From: Squalus acanthias
Taxonomy: Eukaryota
Reading direction: 5' to 3'
Length of the DNA: 64,000 nucleotides
NCBI GenBank assembly: GCA_030390025.1
Contig: CM059431.1
Span: forward strand, 154,258,001-154,322,000
How positions within the stretch are numbered: the first letter of the stretch is position 1; every line of letters starts with the position of its first letter. The position numbers were made by a program, and so were the translations under genes. The notes below the pieces were generated by a model that saw only the letters and a list, made by a program, of their open reading frames with translations, did not search any database and was not told the DNA's origin. Below, piece after piece: positions 25,563 through 38,329 of this stretch.

Positions 25563-26358
25563 TATTTCCATGGGAGCTCAACTAATGTTGATAACCAGGA
25601 ATGACTGCTCATAATATTCCTGTCCGTGACCGCTGGCCCACTTTCGAGCAGAATCCCACCCTCATCCTTTAAGTTACGGGACTTTTCTCCTACACTGACC
25701 TCATCGTGTTGTTCTCTAGTACTTCATCTACAAAAACGACTTCCGAATGTTTTGATGCGTGACCAGCCGTTCACTAAGGCTGAAGACTTTGAGCCTTCAA
25801 TACTTCGATCAGCTTGCAGTTGTTGCAGGCAAACCTTCCAGAAGCTAGTCCTGGAAGACAAATTTTTCAGGACTTCTACAACTGGGTTTGTCTTTGTATT
25901 CCATTGACAAAGACAAACCCGCTTCAATTAATTCTTTGAATTCACCGTCACCTTTTAAAAAAATGGTTTGCTGCTGTCCCTCGGTTAATTTACTGAGCAC
26001 CACCTTCCCCCTCCGCAGCTCATTTCAACGAACCCCAATTCCCCGTATTATCTAAAATATAGATATAATTCAACATTGATGTGGTACGTAATCCCTAACC
26101 CGACTCACTCTCCCTAACGTTGCTTCAGTTGTCATCCTGATTGATCTGTCAATTGAATTATTAGGCTGAAGCAAGTTGCAGAAAAAATAATGAACACAGG
26201 CAATTTATCACATACGTACGCAGATGAGATCAGTACAATAGTGGGAAATGATCTTGGCTCAGAAGTTCCAGATGTAGAATCAATTTGGGTGGATGTCAGT
26301 AATAGTAAGGGAAATAAGGCACTGTTAGGAGTAGTCTATAGGCCCCCTAACAGTAGCT

Positions 26359-28964
26359 TAGAAGCATAGAAGCATAGAAGATAGGAGCAGGATTGGCCAT
26401 TCGGCCCCTCGAACCTGCTCCGCCATTTAATGAGATCATGGCTGATCATCCAAACTCAGTACCCTGTCCCTGCTTTCTCCCCATATCCCTTGATCCCTTT
26501 AGCCTTAAGAAATATATCTATCTCCTTCTTGAATATATTTCATGAATTGGCCTCAACTGCCTTCTGTGGTAGAGAATTCCACAGGTTCAGCACTCTCTGG
26601 GTGAAGAAATTCCTCCTCATCTCAGCCATAAATGGCTTACCCCTTATGCTTAGACTGTGACCCCTGGTTCTGGACTCCCCCGCCTTCGGGAACATCCTTC
26701 CTGCATCTAGTCTGTCTAGTCCTTTTAGAATGTTATATGTTTCAATGAGATCCCCTCTCATTCTTCTAAACTCTAGCGAATATAAGCCTAATAGATCCAA
26801 TCTCTCTTCATACATCATTCCTGCCATCCCAGGTAGCAGTCTGGTAAATCTTCGCTGCACTCCCTCAATGGCAAGAACATCCTTTCTCAGATAAGGTGAC
26901 CAAAACTGCACAAATTACTCAAGGAGTGGTCTCACCAAGGCCCTGTACAACTGCAGCAAGACATCCTTGCTCCTGTACTCTAATTCTCTCGCTATGAAGG
27001 CCAACATACCATTTGCCTTCTTAACCGCCTGCTGCACCTGCATGCTTACCTTCAGCGACCGGTGCACAAGGACTCCCAGATTTCGTTGCAGTTCCCCTTT
27101 TCCCAGTCTATGGCCGTTCAGATAATAATCTGTCTTCCTGTGTTTGCCATCAAAGTGGATTACCTCGCATTTATCCACATTATACTGCATCTGGCATGCA
27201 ACTGCCCAATCACCCAACCTGTTCAAATCGTACTGGATTTTCTCTGTCGCGTCCTCACAGCACACACGCCCACCCAGCTTTGTGTCATCTGCAAGCTTAG
27301 AGATATTACGTCTAGTTCCCTCGTCTAGATCATAAATATATATTGTGAATAGCTGGGCTACTAGCACCGATCCCTGCGGTACCCTACTAGTTACTGCCTG
27401 CCACTCGGAAAAAAGACCCGTTTATTCCAACGTTTTGCTACCTGTCTGCCAACCAGTTTTCTACCCAAATTTGTACCTTACCCCCAATCCCATGTGATTT
27501 CACTTTGCACGCTAATCTCTTAAGCGGGACCCTATCGAAAGCCTTCTGAAAGACCAAATACACCACATCCACTGGTTCTCCCTTATCTATTCTACAAGTT
27601 ACATCCTCAAAAAATTCCAGTAGATTAGTCAGGCATGATTTACCTTTTGTAAATCGATGTTGACTTGGTCTGATCCTGTCACTTTTTTCCAAGTGCTCTG
27701 CTATTACATCTTTTATAATGGACTCTAGCATTTTGCCCACTACCGATGTCAGGCTTACCGGTCTATAATTCCACGTTTTTTCTCTACCACCTTTTTTAAA
27801 TAGTGTGGTTACATTAGCTAACCTCCAATCCATGGGAACTGTTGCAGAGTCTATCGAATGTTGAAAGATGACCAGCAATGCATCTACTATTTCTCGGGCC
27901 ACTTTCTTAAGTTCCCTAGGATGTAAATTATCAGTCCCTAGGCATTTTTTGGCCTTCAATCCCGTCAATTTCACTGACACCATTTCCCTACAAATACTCA
28001 TTTAATTCAATTCCTCACTCTCATTAGACCCTATGTTCTCTGACATCTCTGCGAGTTTATTTGCGTCCTCCTTTGTGAAGACAGAACCAAAGTATGTATT
28101 TAACTGGGCTGCCATTTCTTTGTTCCCCATTATAACTTCCCCTGATTCTGACTGCAAGGGACCTATGCTTAACTTCATCAATCTTTTTCTCTTCACATAT
28201 CTATAGAAGCTTTTACAGTCAGTTTTTATGTTCCCTGAGAACTTACTCTCATATTTCCCCCCTCTTAATTAATCCCTTTGTCCTCCTTTGCTGAATCCTA
28301 AAATGCTCCGAATCCTCACGTTTACTGCTTTTGCTGGCCTATTTATATGTCCTCTCCTTGGATCTTTTGCTATTCCTAATTTTCCTTGTTTTACTTTTAT
28401 GCCAAACAGGGATGAACAAGTTCTGTAGTTCATCCATGCGATCTTTAAATGTTTGCCATTGCCTATCCACCGTCAACCCTTCAAGTAACGCTCCCCAATC
28501 CATCCAAGCCAACTCGCGCCTCATAGCATCACAGTTTCCTGTATTTAAATTCAGGACCCTATTCTCTGAGTTAACTACTTCACTCTCCATCTTAATGAAG
28601 AATTCTATCATATTATGATCGCTCCTCCCCAAGGAGCCACGCACAACAAGATTGCTAATTAATCCTTTCTCATTACATAATACACAGTCTAAGATGGCCT
28701 GATCTCTAGTTGGTTCCTCGACATATTGGTCCAGGAATCCATCCCGTATACACTCTCGGAATTCCTCCTCCACAGTAATTTTACTAATTTGGTTAGCCCT
28801 ATCTATATGTACATTAAAGTCACCCATGATAACTGCTGTGCCATTTCTGCACGCGTCTCTAATTTCCCGTGTAATGCCATCCCCAACCTCAGCATTACTG
28901 TTTGGGGGTCTGTATACAACTCCCACTAATGTTTTCTGCCCCTTGGTATTCCTCAGCTCTACTT
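26359..28964 (-). mobile_element. CR1 LINE, 5'-truncated within the APE domain
   Basis: ORFs 26540-29028 cover APE and RT motifs; (CATAGAAG)n tail; TAGCT at both junctions (26354-26358, 28965-28969). Confidence 0.95.
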
Positions 28965-30820
28965 TAGCTACACTTTTGGACAAATATAAATCAAGAAATA
29001 ATGGGGGCTTGTAAGAAAGATACTGCAATAATATTGGGCGATTGTAATCTTCATATAGATTGGTAAAGTCACATTGGCAAAAGCAGCCTTGATGATGAGT
29101 TCATACAATGTATTTGGAAAAGTATCTTGGAACAATACCTTGTGGAACAGACCAGGGAACAGGCTATTTTAGATCTGGTAATGTGCAATTAAGCAGGATT
29201 AATTAATTATGTCATAGTAAAGGATCCTTTCGGGCAGACTGATCTTAGCAGGATAGAATTCCACATGCAGTTTGAAGGTGAGAAACCTGGGTCTGAAATT
29301 AGATTATTAAATTTAAATAAAGGCAAATGCAAAGGTATGAGGAGAGAGTTGGCTAAAGTGGACTGGGAAAATAGATTCGAAGGTAAGATGTTAGAAAAGT
29401 AGTGACAGACATTGAAAGAGCCATTTAAAGACTCTCAACAAATATATATTTCCTTGAGAAAGAAAGACATGAAGAGAAGGAAGAGCCAACCATGGCTAAA
29501 CAAGAAGTAAAGGATGGCATCAAATTGAAAGAAAAGTCATACAATGTTGCAAAGATTAGTGGTAGGCCAGACGATTGGGAACATTGTAGAAACCAGCAAT
29601 GGATAACTAAAAATAGAATATAGACTGGAAAAATCATATGAGACTAAACTATCAAGAATTATAAAAACTGACAGTAAGAGCTTCTACAAGTATATAGAAA
29701 GGAAGAGAGCAAATAAAGTAAACGTTGGTCCCTTAGAGGACGAGACTGGGAAAATAATAATGGGAAACAAGGAAACGGCTGAGACATTGAAGAAATATTT
29801 TGATTCTTTCTTCATAGCAGAGGACACTAAAAACATCACAGTAATAGTAGAAAATCAAGGGTCAAAAAGGAGGGAGGAACTTAAAACAATCACCACCACT
29901 AGACAAAAAGTGCCAGGCAAACATACGGATCTAAAGGCTGACAGGTCCCCTGGACCTGATGTCGTGCATCCTAGGGTCTTAGAAGAAGTGGCAACAGAGA
30001 TAGTGGATGCATTCATTGTAATGTTCCTAAATTCCCTTGAATCTCGAAAAGCCCCAGTGGATTGGGAAACTGCCAATATAACGCCCTTATTTAAAAAACG
30101 AGGCTGACAGAAAGCAGGAAACGAAAGGCCAGTTAGCCTAACATTTGACGTTTGCAAAGTGCACGTATCCGTTCTTAAGGAAGTAATAGCAGGGAATTTA
30201 GGAAATCATAATACAAACAAACAGAGTCAACATGGTTTTCCGAAGGGAAATCGTGTTTGACAAATCTATTAGAGTTCTTTGAGGACGTAACGAGCAGGAT
30301 GGATAAAGGGGAACAAGCAGTTGTAGTGTATTTGGATTTCCAAAAGGCATTCGACAAGGTGCCACATAAAAGTTTACTGCATGAAATAAGAGCTCATGGT
30401 GTTGGTGGTAATATATTTGATTGGGAAGAGGATTGGCTAACTAACAGAGAACAGAGAGTCGGGATAAATGGATCATTTTCAAGATGGCAATCTGTAACTA
30501 CAAGTGTGCCACAGGGATAAGTGCTGGGGCCTCAACTATTTTCAATCTGTATTAATGACTTGGATGAGGGACGCGAGTGTATCATAGTCAAATTTGCGGA
30601 TGATACAAAAATAGGTGGGAAAGCAAGTTGTGTGGAGGACGTAAAGTGTGTGCAAAGTGATATAGATAGGTTAAGTGAGTGGGCAAGAATTTGTAGATGG
30701 AGTATAACAATGGAAAATGTGAAATTATCCACTTTGGTAGGAAGAATAGAAAATAAAATAAGTGTTAAATGGAGAAAGACTACAGAATGCGGCGGTACAA
30801 TGGGATTTGGGTATTACATA

Positions 30821-33429
30821 GATACATAGAAACATAGAAGATAGGAGCAGGAGTAGGCCATCCGGCCCTTCGAGCCTGCTCCGCCATTTAATGAGATCAT
30901 GGCTGATCCTCCAATTCAGTATCCCGTCCCCGCCTTCTCTCCGTAACCCTTAACCCCTTTTGGCTGTAGAAATATATCTAATTCCCTCTTAAATATATTT
31001 AATGAGCTGGCGTACACTGCCCTCTGTGGCAATGAGTTCCACAAGTTCACCACCCTCTGAGTGAAGAAATTCCCCCTCATTTCTGTCCTAAATGATTTAG
31101 CCCTTATCCTTAAATTATGTCCTCTAGTTCTGTTCTCACCCGCCAAGGGAAACATTCCTTCTGCATCTAGTCTGTCTAGACCTGTCAGAATTTTATACAC
31201 TTCTATGAGGTCCCCTCTCAATCTTCTAAACTCCAGTGTGTACATCCCTAAACTACATAGTCTCTCCTCATAGGTCAATCCCGCCATTCCTGGTATCAGC
31301 CTGGTGAATCGCCGCTGCACCCCCTCCATGGCAAGAACATCTTTCCTCAGATGAGGCGACCAAAACTGTACACAGTACTCGAGGTGTGGTCTCACCAGTG
31401 CCCTGTACAGCTGCAGCAAGGTATCCCTGTTCCTGTATTCCAACCCTTTTGCTATGAAGGCCAGCATACCGTTTGCCTTCTTGACCGCCTGTTGCACCTG
31501 CATGCTCGCCTTCAGTGACTGGTGTACAAGAACACCCAGGTCTCTCTGTACTTCCCCCTCTCCCAATTTATTGCCATATAAATAATAATTTGCCCTCCCG
31601 TTCCTGCACCCAAGGTGGATAACTTCGCACTTGTCCACATTATAGTGCATCTGCCATTTATCCGCCCAATCACCCAGTCTGTCCAAATCGCTCTGGAGCT
31701 TCCTGGTCTCCTCCTCTGAGCCCACCCCCCCTCCTAGTTTAGTGTCGTCTGCAAATTTGGAAATGCTGCATCCGACTCCCTGATCCAGGTCATTAATGTA
31801 AATTGTGAACAGCTGGGGACCCAGGACAGATCCCTGTAGTACCCCACTTGTTACTGCCTGCCATTCAGAAAATGAGCCGTTTATTCCAACTCTCTGTTTT
31901 CTATCTGACAGCCAGTTCTCTATCCACGTCAATACTTTCCCCTTTATCCCATGAGCTTCAATTTTCCATGCTAATCTTTTATGTGCGACCTTGTCGAAGG
32001 CCTTTTGGAAGTCCAGGTACACCACATCTACTGGCTCTCCCCCATCTATTTTACCAGTTACTCCCTCAAAAAATTCCAATAGATTAGTCAAGCACGATTT
32101 ACCCTTTGTAAATCCATGTTGACTCTGTCCTATCCTGTCCCCATTTGCTAAGTGCTCCGCTATTTCATCCTTAATGATGGACTCCAGCATTTTGCCCACA
32201 ACTGATGTAAGGCTTACAGGTCTGTAATTACCTGCTTTTTCCTTACCGCCCTTTTTGAATAGTGGGGTAACGTTAGCTACCCTCCAATCCATGGGCACTG
32301 TTCCCGAGTCTAATGAATTCTGAAAAATCATACTTAGTGCATCCGCTATCTCTAGGGCCACCTCCTGCAGTACCCTAGGATGCATGTTATGAGGCCCTGG
32401 GGATTTGTCCGCCTTCAATCCCTTTAGCTTCCTTAACACCATATCCTTAGAGATATTGATTTGCGTCAGTTCCTCCTTTGCCAATGTCCCTATTTTTCCC
32501 GATATCCCAGGGAGGTTTTTTGTGTCTTCCTTCGTAAAGACTGACCCAAAGTATGCATTTAGTTGGTCTGCCATTTCCTTATTTCCCGTTATATATTCCC
32601 CCGTATCTGACTGCAATGGACCAACTTTGGTTTTCACCAGTCTTTTCCTCTTGATATACTTATAAAAGCTTTTGGAGTTAGTTTTTATATTTTCTGCCAG
32701 CTTGCTTTCGTAAGCTATTTTGCCCCTCTTGATTAAGCCCTTTGTCCTCCTTTGCTCTATCTTAAACTGTTCCCAATCTTCCGCTCTGGCGCTTTTTTTG
32801 GCTATTTTATACGCCCTATCTTTGGATTTTATGCTGTCTCTAATTTCCCCTGTTATCCACGGTTGAGTCACCTTTTTAGATTTCCTTTTATGCCAGATTG
32901 GTATAAACAATTTTTGCAATTTTGTCATTCTATCTTTAAATGCTTGCCATTGTTTATCTACCTCCAGTCCTCCCAGGAACGTTGTCCAATCAGACCTACT
33001 CAGTTCCCGTCTAATGGCATCATAATTCCCCTTGTTTAAATTCAGGGCCTTAGTCTCTGAGTCAATTTCTTCGCTCTCCATTTCGAGTGAGAAATCGATC
33101 ATGTTATGATCGCTCTGACCCAAGGGTCCCCGTACAACAAGATTACTAATTAGTCCCTTCTCATTGCACAGTACCCAGTCCAATATAGCCTGTTCCCGAG
33201 TTGGTTCCTCGACATATTGATCCAGATAACCATCCCTTAAACACTCAAGGAATTCCTCCTCCTCATTATTTTTACTGATTAGGCTAGTCCAATCTATATG
33301 TAAGTTAAAGTCACCTATGATGACAGCTGTGCTCTTATTGCACGCTTCTCTAATTTCCCTCATGATGCCCTCCCCAACCTCTATTTTACTATTTGGAGGC
33401 CTATATACCACTCCTATTAATGTTTCTCG
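30821..33429 (-). mobile_element. Young CR1 LINE, 5'-truncated
   Basis: CATAGAAACATAGAAG tail; TACATA at both junctions (30815-30820, 33430-33435). Confidence 0.95.
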
Positions 33430-33441
33430 TACATAAAACAC
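30916..33441 (-). CDS. CR1 ORF2 (partial APE endonuclease plus reverse transcriptase), uninterrupted 841 aa
   Basis: GVVYRPP, GDFN, SDH, QHGF, YLDFQKAFD, QGSVLGP, KFADD and LEYCVQFWSP with no stops; first few residues come from the flank. Confidence 0.93.
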   Translation of the reverse strand: MFYVRETLIGVVYRPPNSKIEVGEGIMREIREACNKSTAVIIGDFNLHIDWTSLISKNNEEEEFLECLRDGYLDQYVEEPTREQAILDWVLCNEKGLISNLVVRGPLGQSDHNMIDFSLEMESEEIDSETKALNLNKGNYDAIRRELSRSDWTTFLGGLEVDKQWQAFKDRMTKLQKLFIPIWHKRKSKKVTQPWITGEIRDSIKSKDRAYKIAKKSARAEDWEQFKIEQRRTKGLIKRGKIAYESKLAENIKTNSKSFYKYIKRKRLVKTKVGPLQSDTGEYITGNKEMADQLNAYFGSVFTKEDTKNLPGISGKIGTLAKEELTQINISKDMVLRKLKGLKADKSPGPHNMHPRVLQEVALEIADALSMIFQNSLDSGTVPMDWRVANVTPLFKKGGKEKAGNYRPVSLTSVVGKMLESIIKDEIAEHLANGDRIGQSQHGFTKGKSCLTNLLEFFEGVTGKIDGGEPVDVVYLDFQKAFDKVAHKRLAWKIEAHGIKGKVLTWIENWLSDRKQRVGINGSFSEWQAVTSGVLQGSVLGPQLFTIYINDLDQGVGCSISKFADDTKLGGGVGSEEETRKLQSDLDRLGDWADKWQMHYNVDKCEVIHLGCRNGRANYYLYGNKLGEGEVQRDLGVLVHQSLKASMQVQQAVKKANGMLAFIAKGLEYRNRDTLLQLYRALVRPHLEYCVQFWSPHLRKDVLAMEGVQRRFTRLIPGMAGLTYEERLCSLGMYTLEFRRLRGDLIEVYKILTGLDRLDAEGMFPLAGENRTRGHNLRIRAKSFRTEMRGNFFTQRVVNLWNSLPQRAVYASSLNIFKRELDIFLQPKGVKGYGEKAGTGY

Positions 33442-34865
33442 AAAAAGTTAACATGCACGTGCAGCATGTAATTAGGAAGGCAAATTGAATGTTGGCCTTT
33501 ATTTCAAGTGGGATAGAGTATAAAAGTAGAGAAGTTTTGCTACAACTGTACAGGGCGCTGATGAGACTATACCTAGAGTACTGCGTACAGTTTTGTTCCC
33601 CTTATTTCAGGAGGGATTTACTTGCATTGGAGGCAGTTCAGAGAAGATTCAGTAGGTTGATTCCTGGGTTGCATTATGAGCAGGTTGGGCCTGTACTCAT
33701 TGGAGTTTAGAAGATTGAGAGGTGACCTTGTTTAAAAATATAAGATTCTGAGGGAGTTGGACAGGGTAGATGCTGAGAGGATGTTGCTCCTCGTGTGGGA
33801 ATCTAGAATGAGGGGGCATAGTCTCAGAATAAGGGGTCACGCATTTAAGAGGAAGATGAGGATGAATTTCTTCTCTCAGAGTGCCGTGAATCTTTGGAAT
33901 TCTTTACCTCAGACAGCTGTGAAAGCTGAGTCATTGAATATATTCAAGGCTGAGATAGACAGATGTTTGAGCAACAGGGTCGTCAAGGGTTAGGGGAACG
34001 GGCAGGAAAGTGGAATTCAGGAGAAAGTCGCATCAGCCATGATCTCATTAAATGGCGGAGCAGGCTCGAGGGACCGAATGGCCTGCTCCTGCTCCAATTT
34101 CTTATGTTATTATGATCTTATGTGTCCTTGTAGGAGTTGACAGTGCCTACAATCTATGTCGATCACACGGTTGAATGTTATGCCTTAGGCTCAAAGCCTG
34201 ACCAAACAAAGGAAGATTGTTTGCCCACACTTATCAGCTAAAACCTCACTTGCTGGAATATCTTCCAATCCATTTTACTCTTTAAACCTACTGTTGCTTT
34301 TCAGTGAATTTTATATTAATAAAATAAAGCAGGCCTACCTTCTGATTACACTTTCAAACTTCCAATAGAACGTTCTTCAATTAACATGCAAAAGCTAAAA
34401 TTTAACATTACTACGACATAAAAATTAACCCTTTCCCTACATTCCTCTCTTCATCTGCGTGCACTCGCATGTACAACCCTATAAATTATCTTTAAGACAC
34501 AAGCCGAATTCAAGTGGTCAGTCAGCACCAGCCACACAATATCTATTGAACACCTGAATAATGACCAGATTATATAAATTCTACAGTTCTCTCTCTGCTG
34601 TGCTTTCGACTAGAGATCAACATGGTAAGCTGGTTCATACATAGGTGCGACTGAACACCCTCTCTCAGGGCACATGCTTACCCACTTCATTCTGCTCTAG
34701 AAACTGTCACACAATAGAAGGGAGGCAAATGATAAATGCTAAAGTCTCACCACACTGCCGACACTGCCACTATGGATCAGGTTGCGGACGACGTCACAGA
34801 AAGCTATTCAGCTGTCAGGATCAGAGATGCCTAAGCCAGGCACTTGGCATACCATATTGAACTAT

Positions 34866-36892
34866 GAGGCCGCCAACCTCATAGTTCCGCAACCCCGCAC
34901 AGCCCGCTTCTGCCTCCTTCCCAAGATCCACAAACAGGACTGCCCTGGTAGACCCATCGTTTCAGCCTGTTCTTGCCCCACGGATCTTATCTCTTCCTAT
35001 CTCGACTCTATTTTTTCTCCACTTGTCCAGTCTCTTCCCACCTACATCCGCAACTCGTCTGCCGCCCTCCGCCACTTTAACAGTTTGCAGTTTCCCGGCC
35101 CAAAAGCCTCCTTTTCTCTGTGGACGTACAATCCCTCTACATTTCCATCCCCCACCAGGATGGCCTGAGGGTGCACCGCTTCATCCTTGAACAGAGGCGC
35201 AACCAGTCCCCATCCAACGCCACCCTCCTCTGCCTGGCTGAACTTGTTCTCACATTGAAGAACTTCTCCTGTGTCTCCACTCATTTCCTCCAAATCAAAC
35301 GTGTTACTATGGGTATCCGCATGGGTCCTCGCTATGCCTGCTTTTTCGTGGGATATGTGGAACACTCTTTGTTCCAGTCCTCACCTCCCTCAGCTCTTTT
35401 TCCAGTACATTGACGACTGTATCGGTGCCGTTTCCTGCTCTCGCCCTGAACTAGACAATTTCATTCACTTTGCCTCCAAATTCCACCCTTCCCTCACCTT
35501 CACATGGTCCATCTCCTAATCTTCCCTTCACTTCCTCGACTTCTCCGTCTCCATTTCTGGGGATAGGTTGTTGACCAACATTCACTACAAGCCCACTGAC
35601 TCCCACAGCTACCTGGACTACACTTTCTCCCACCAAGGCTCGTGTAAGGATCCTATTCCCTTCTCCCAGTTTCGCAGTCACCGCCGCATCTGCTCCGACG
35701 ATACCACCTACCATGCTTCTGCCATGTCTTCCTTTTCCTCAACCGAGGATTCCCCTCTACCGTGGTCGACAGGGCCCTGGACCATGTCCGTTCTATCTCC
35801 AGCACTCTGCCATCACCCCAGTCCCTCCCTCCCAGAACCACGATAGGGTTCCCCTACTCCTCACCTTTCACCCCACCAGCCCCCACATTCAACGGATCAT
35901 CCACCGCCATTTCCGCCACCTCCAACGTGTTCGCAACACCAAACGTATCTTCCCCTCACCTCCCCTTTCAGCATTCCGTAGGGGCCGCTCCCTCCGAGAC
36001 ATCCTAGTCCAATCCTCTATCACCCCCAGCACCCCTTCCCCTTCACCCGGCACCTTCCCGTGCAAGCGCAGGAGATGCAACACCTGCACTTATACATCCA
36101 CCCTTCCCACTATGCAGTGCCCCAAACACCCCTTCCAGGTGAAACAGCGATTTACTTGTACCTCTTGCAATCTAGTCTACTGTATTCGCTGCTCACGATG
36201 TGGTCTCCTCTACATTGGGGAGACCAAAGGCAGATTGGGTGACCGCTTTGCGGAACACCTCCGTTCAGTCCTTAAGGGTGACCCCGAGCTTCCGGTCGCT
36301 TGTCATTTTAATTCACCTCTCCACGCCCACTCAGACCTCACCGTCCTCGGCCTCTTGCATTGTTCCACGGAAGCTCAGCGTAAGCTCGAGGAACAGCACC
36401 TCATCTTCCGATGAGGCACTTTATACAGCCTTCCGGACTCAATATCGAGTTCTACAATTTCAGATCATAACCTCGGCGCCTACCACATATATATACATTT
36501 TATCCACCGTTTTAGTTTGTGCCTTTTCCCTTGTTTTTCTCTTTCTCCCCTCACGGCAGCTGTCTCTCATTTTGCCAGCATTTCACACTTTACACTTCTG
36601 AGCCACCTTTTGTTTCTTAACCTGTCCTATTACCATCTCGTCTTGCCTTGAGCATCTCTTAATGTCTCTACTTACCATGGACCACCCCTTTTGTTCTTTT
36701 ATTCCTCCCCCCAGCCTCCCCCTTGCTTTTTTATTTGTTTCATTTCCTGCTTTTTCTCAGTTCTGACGAAGGGTTTTCGAACTGAAACGTTAACTCTGTT
36801 TCTGTCTCCACGGATGTTGCCTGGCCTGCTGAGTTTTTCCAGCGTTTTCTGTTGTTGTTTCAATTTTCCAGCAGCTGCAGTATTTTGCTATC
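34866..36892 (+). mobile_element. Penelope-like element, 3' part (RT, GIY-YIG, terminal repeat)
   Basis: LLPKIHK..PGRPIVS, MGIRMGP, QYIDD, HYKPTD, VYCIRCSRCGLLYIGETKGRLGDRFAEH, RKLEEQHLIF. Confidence 0.93.
36758..36798 (+). ncRNA. Minimal hammerhead ribozyme motif at the Penelope 3' end
   Basis: CAGTT-CTGACGA-AGGGTTTTCGAACT-GAAA-CGTTAACTCTG. Confidence 0.65.
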
Positions 36893-37345
36893 GTATGAGA
36901 GTTTATCTTCCTTTTCTCTTGTCGTCTCTTCATCAGTCATGCCTTTCTAACTCTCACTGACTTTTGAACGAGATAACCTGCTGTTCCATTGAGTGGCCAC
37001 TGGTATGCTCGTGCTTTCCTTAAAACTATATCCTAACATTTGCCACTCTCCCCTTTTACTCGGTTCAATAAAAGACTCGGTCACTGGTGCGAGACACACT
37101 AGCGATGAAAACCTGATCACAATAGGGGGCCACTTGCTCTTATGCTGCAAATCCCCAGCATCGAAATTTGAATCTCATGTGTAAGTGTGAGGGAACTGCA
37201 CTGCGAAGATTGAATGTGCAGAGTTGAGCAGCAGCTGGTGGATGTTTCAAGGCAGGCAAATAGAGTCATTAACTGGAAGGTCACATCTCGTACTCGGTCT
37301 GCTGAACAGATGCAGATTTCGGAGCCCAGCATTTAAGAGAAATAT

Positions 37346-38099
37346 TGGGCCTGAATTTGCGGTCGTAGGCTTCCCACGGCCGAAGGCCTCTGAACCATAA
37401 TAAAAGTACCAACCTACCTGATGGTTCCGGAGTTGCGGACACTTGCACTCCTGGTCTTCTAGGCGTACACATGCGTAAAGTTTCACGCATCCTAGAGGCG
37501 CACGCGGTTCCCATGCACCCCTGGGATCATGTGGGCCAGGCCAGACAATCAAAAAGGGGATCCCCATTATGCTCATGGTGATTCCATTTACTTACGTAAT
37601 CCCTATAAGCATGAATAGAGATCCCCTAAAAAACACAACAACACACCAGTTAAATAAAAATAAATCATTACATGTTCAAAATTAATTAATGTGCAATTAA
37701 ATTAAGCAATAGAAACAATTACATTTTTGAAAATAACTGTCAACGTTTTAAAGGGGCTAAAATAACCTGTAACTAATTTTAAAGATTCTTATGTTTATAT
37801 AATTAAATATATATATTTTAATATTTATTTAAACTCTTACGCTGGTTAAAGAAGGCCCTACGCCTGCTTTTCCGAGGCTTAAGCGTTTCTCGGGCATTTG
37901 CTGCGCAGCAGTTGGGTAAATAGCCCAAACCTGCGCTGGCGAATATCCATTTCCCGGAAATGCGGATGATCTGTCAAGCTGAAACCTGACAGATCGCAAG
38001 TTCCGGGTTTTCGCGCATGTGCATCGCATGCGGAAACCCGGAAATTGTGGGACAATTACGGCCACGTACGCTGACATAGGCTCCGGAAAATCCGGGGCA
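37346..38099. mobile_element. Non-autonomous DNA transposon (MITE-like)
   Basis: Imperfect terminal inverted repeats GGGCCTGAATTTGCGG and CCGGAAAATCCGGGGC; AT-rich centre; internal hairpin 37997-38047. Confidence 0.55.
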
Positions 38100-38329
38100 T
38101 TATTTCTGTGCAGCAGCAATAGCTGATTGTTAATTTAATCCCGATATTATTAGTCACTTTAAGCGATTCTTTGCAAATTCCTTCTGCCATGTTATACTTT
38201 CTTGAACCACTTTATATCCCTTATAATAACACCTTTCCCCTGAAGATGTTACTCAATGCCTCGTATACCACAAATGAATGGCATAGTCTTAGCAAATATA
38301 TAGCTTATTTAAAATAGAAAAAATGTTGA

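Larger units (their letters stand above)
26150..34122 (+). mobile_element. CR1 ORF2 and 3' UTR split by two younger antisense CR1s (pieces ~26150-26358, 28965-30820, 33430-34122)
   Basis: APE motif VYRPPNS before 26358; RT motifs in ORFs 29760-30829; C-terminus in ORFs 33489-33993; CTTATG tail at ~34120. Confidence 0.9.

Noticed and set aside
30916..33441. Domesticated RT gene or prokaryote-type RT system
   Set aside because: Typical 5'-truncated CR1 ORF2 with tail and junction duplication; the ORF start comes from flanking sequence
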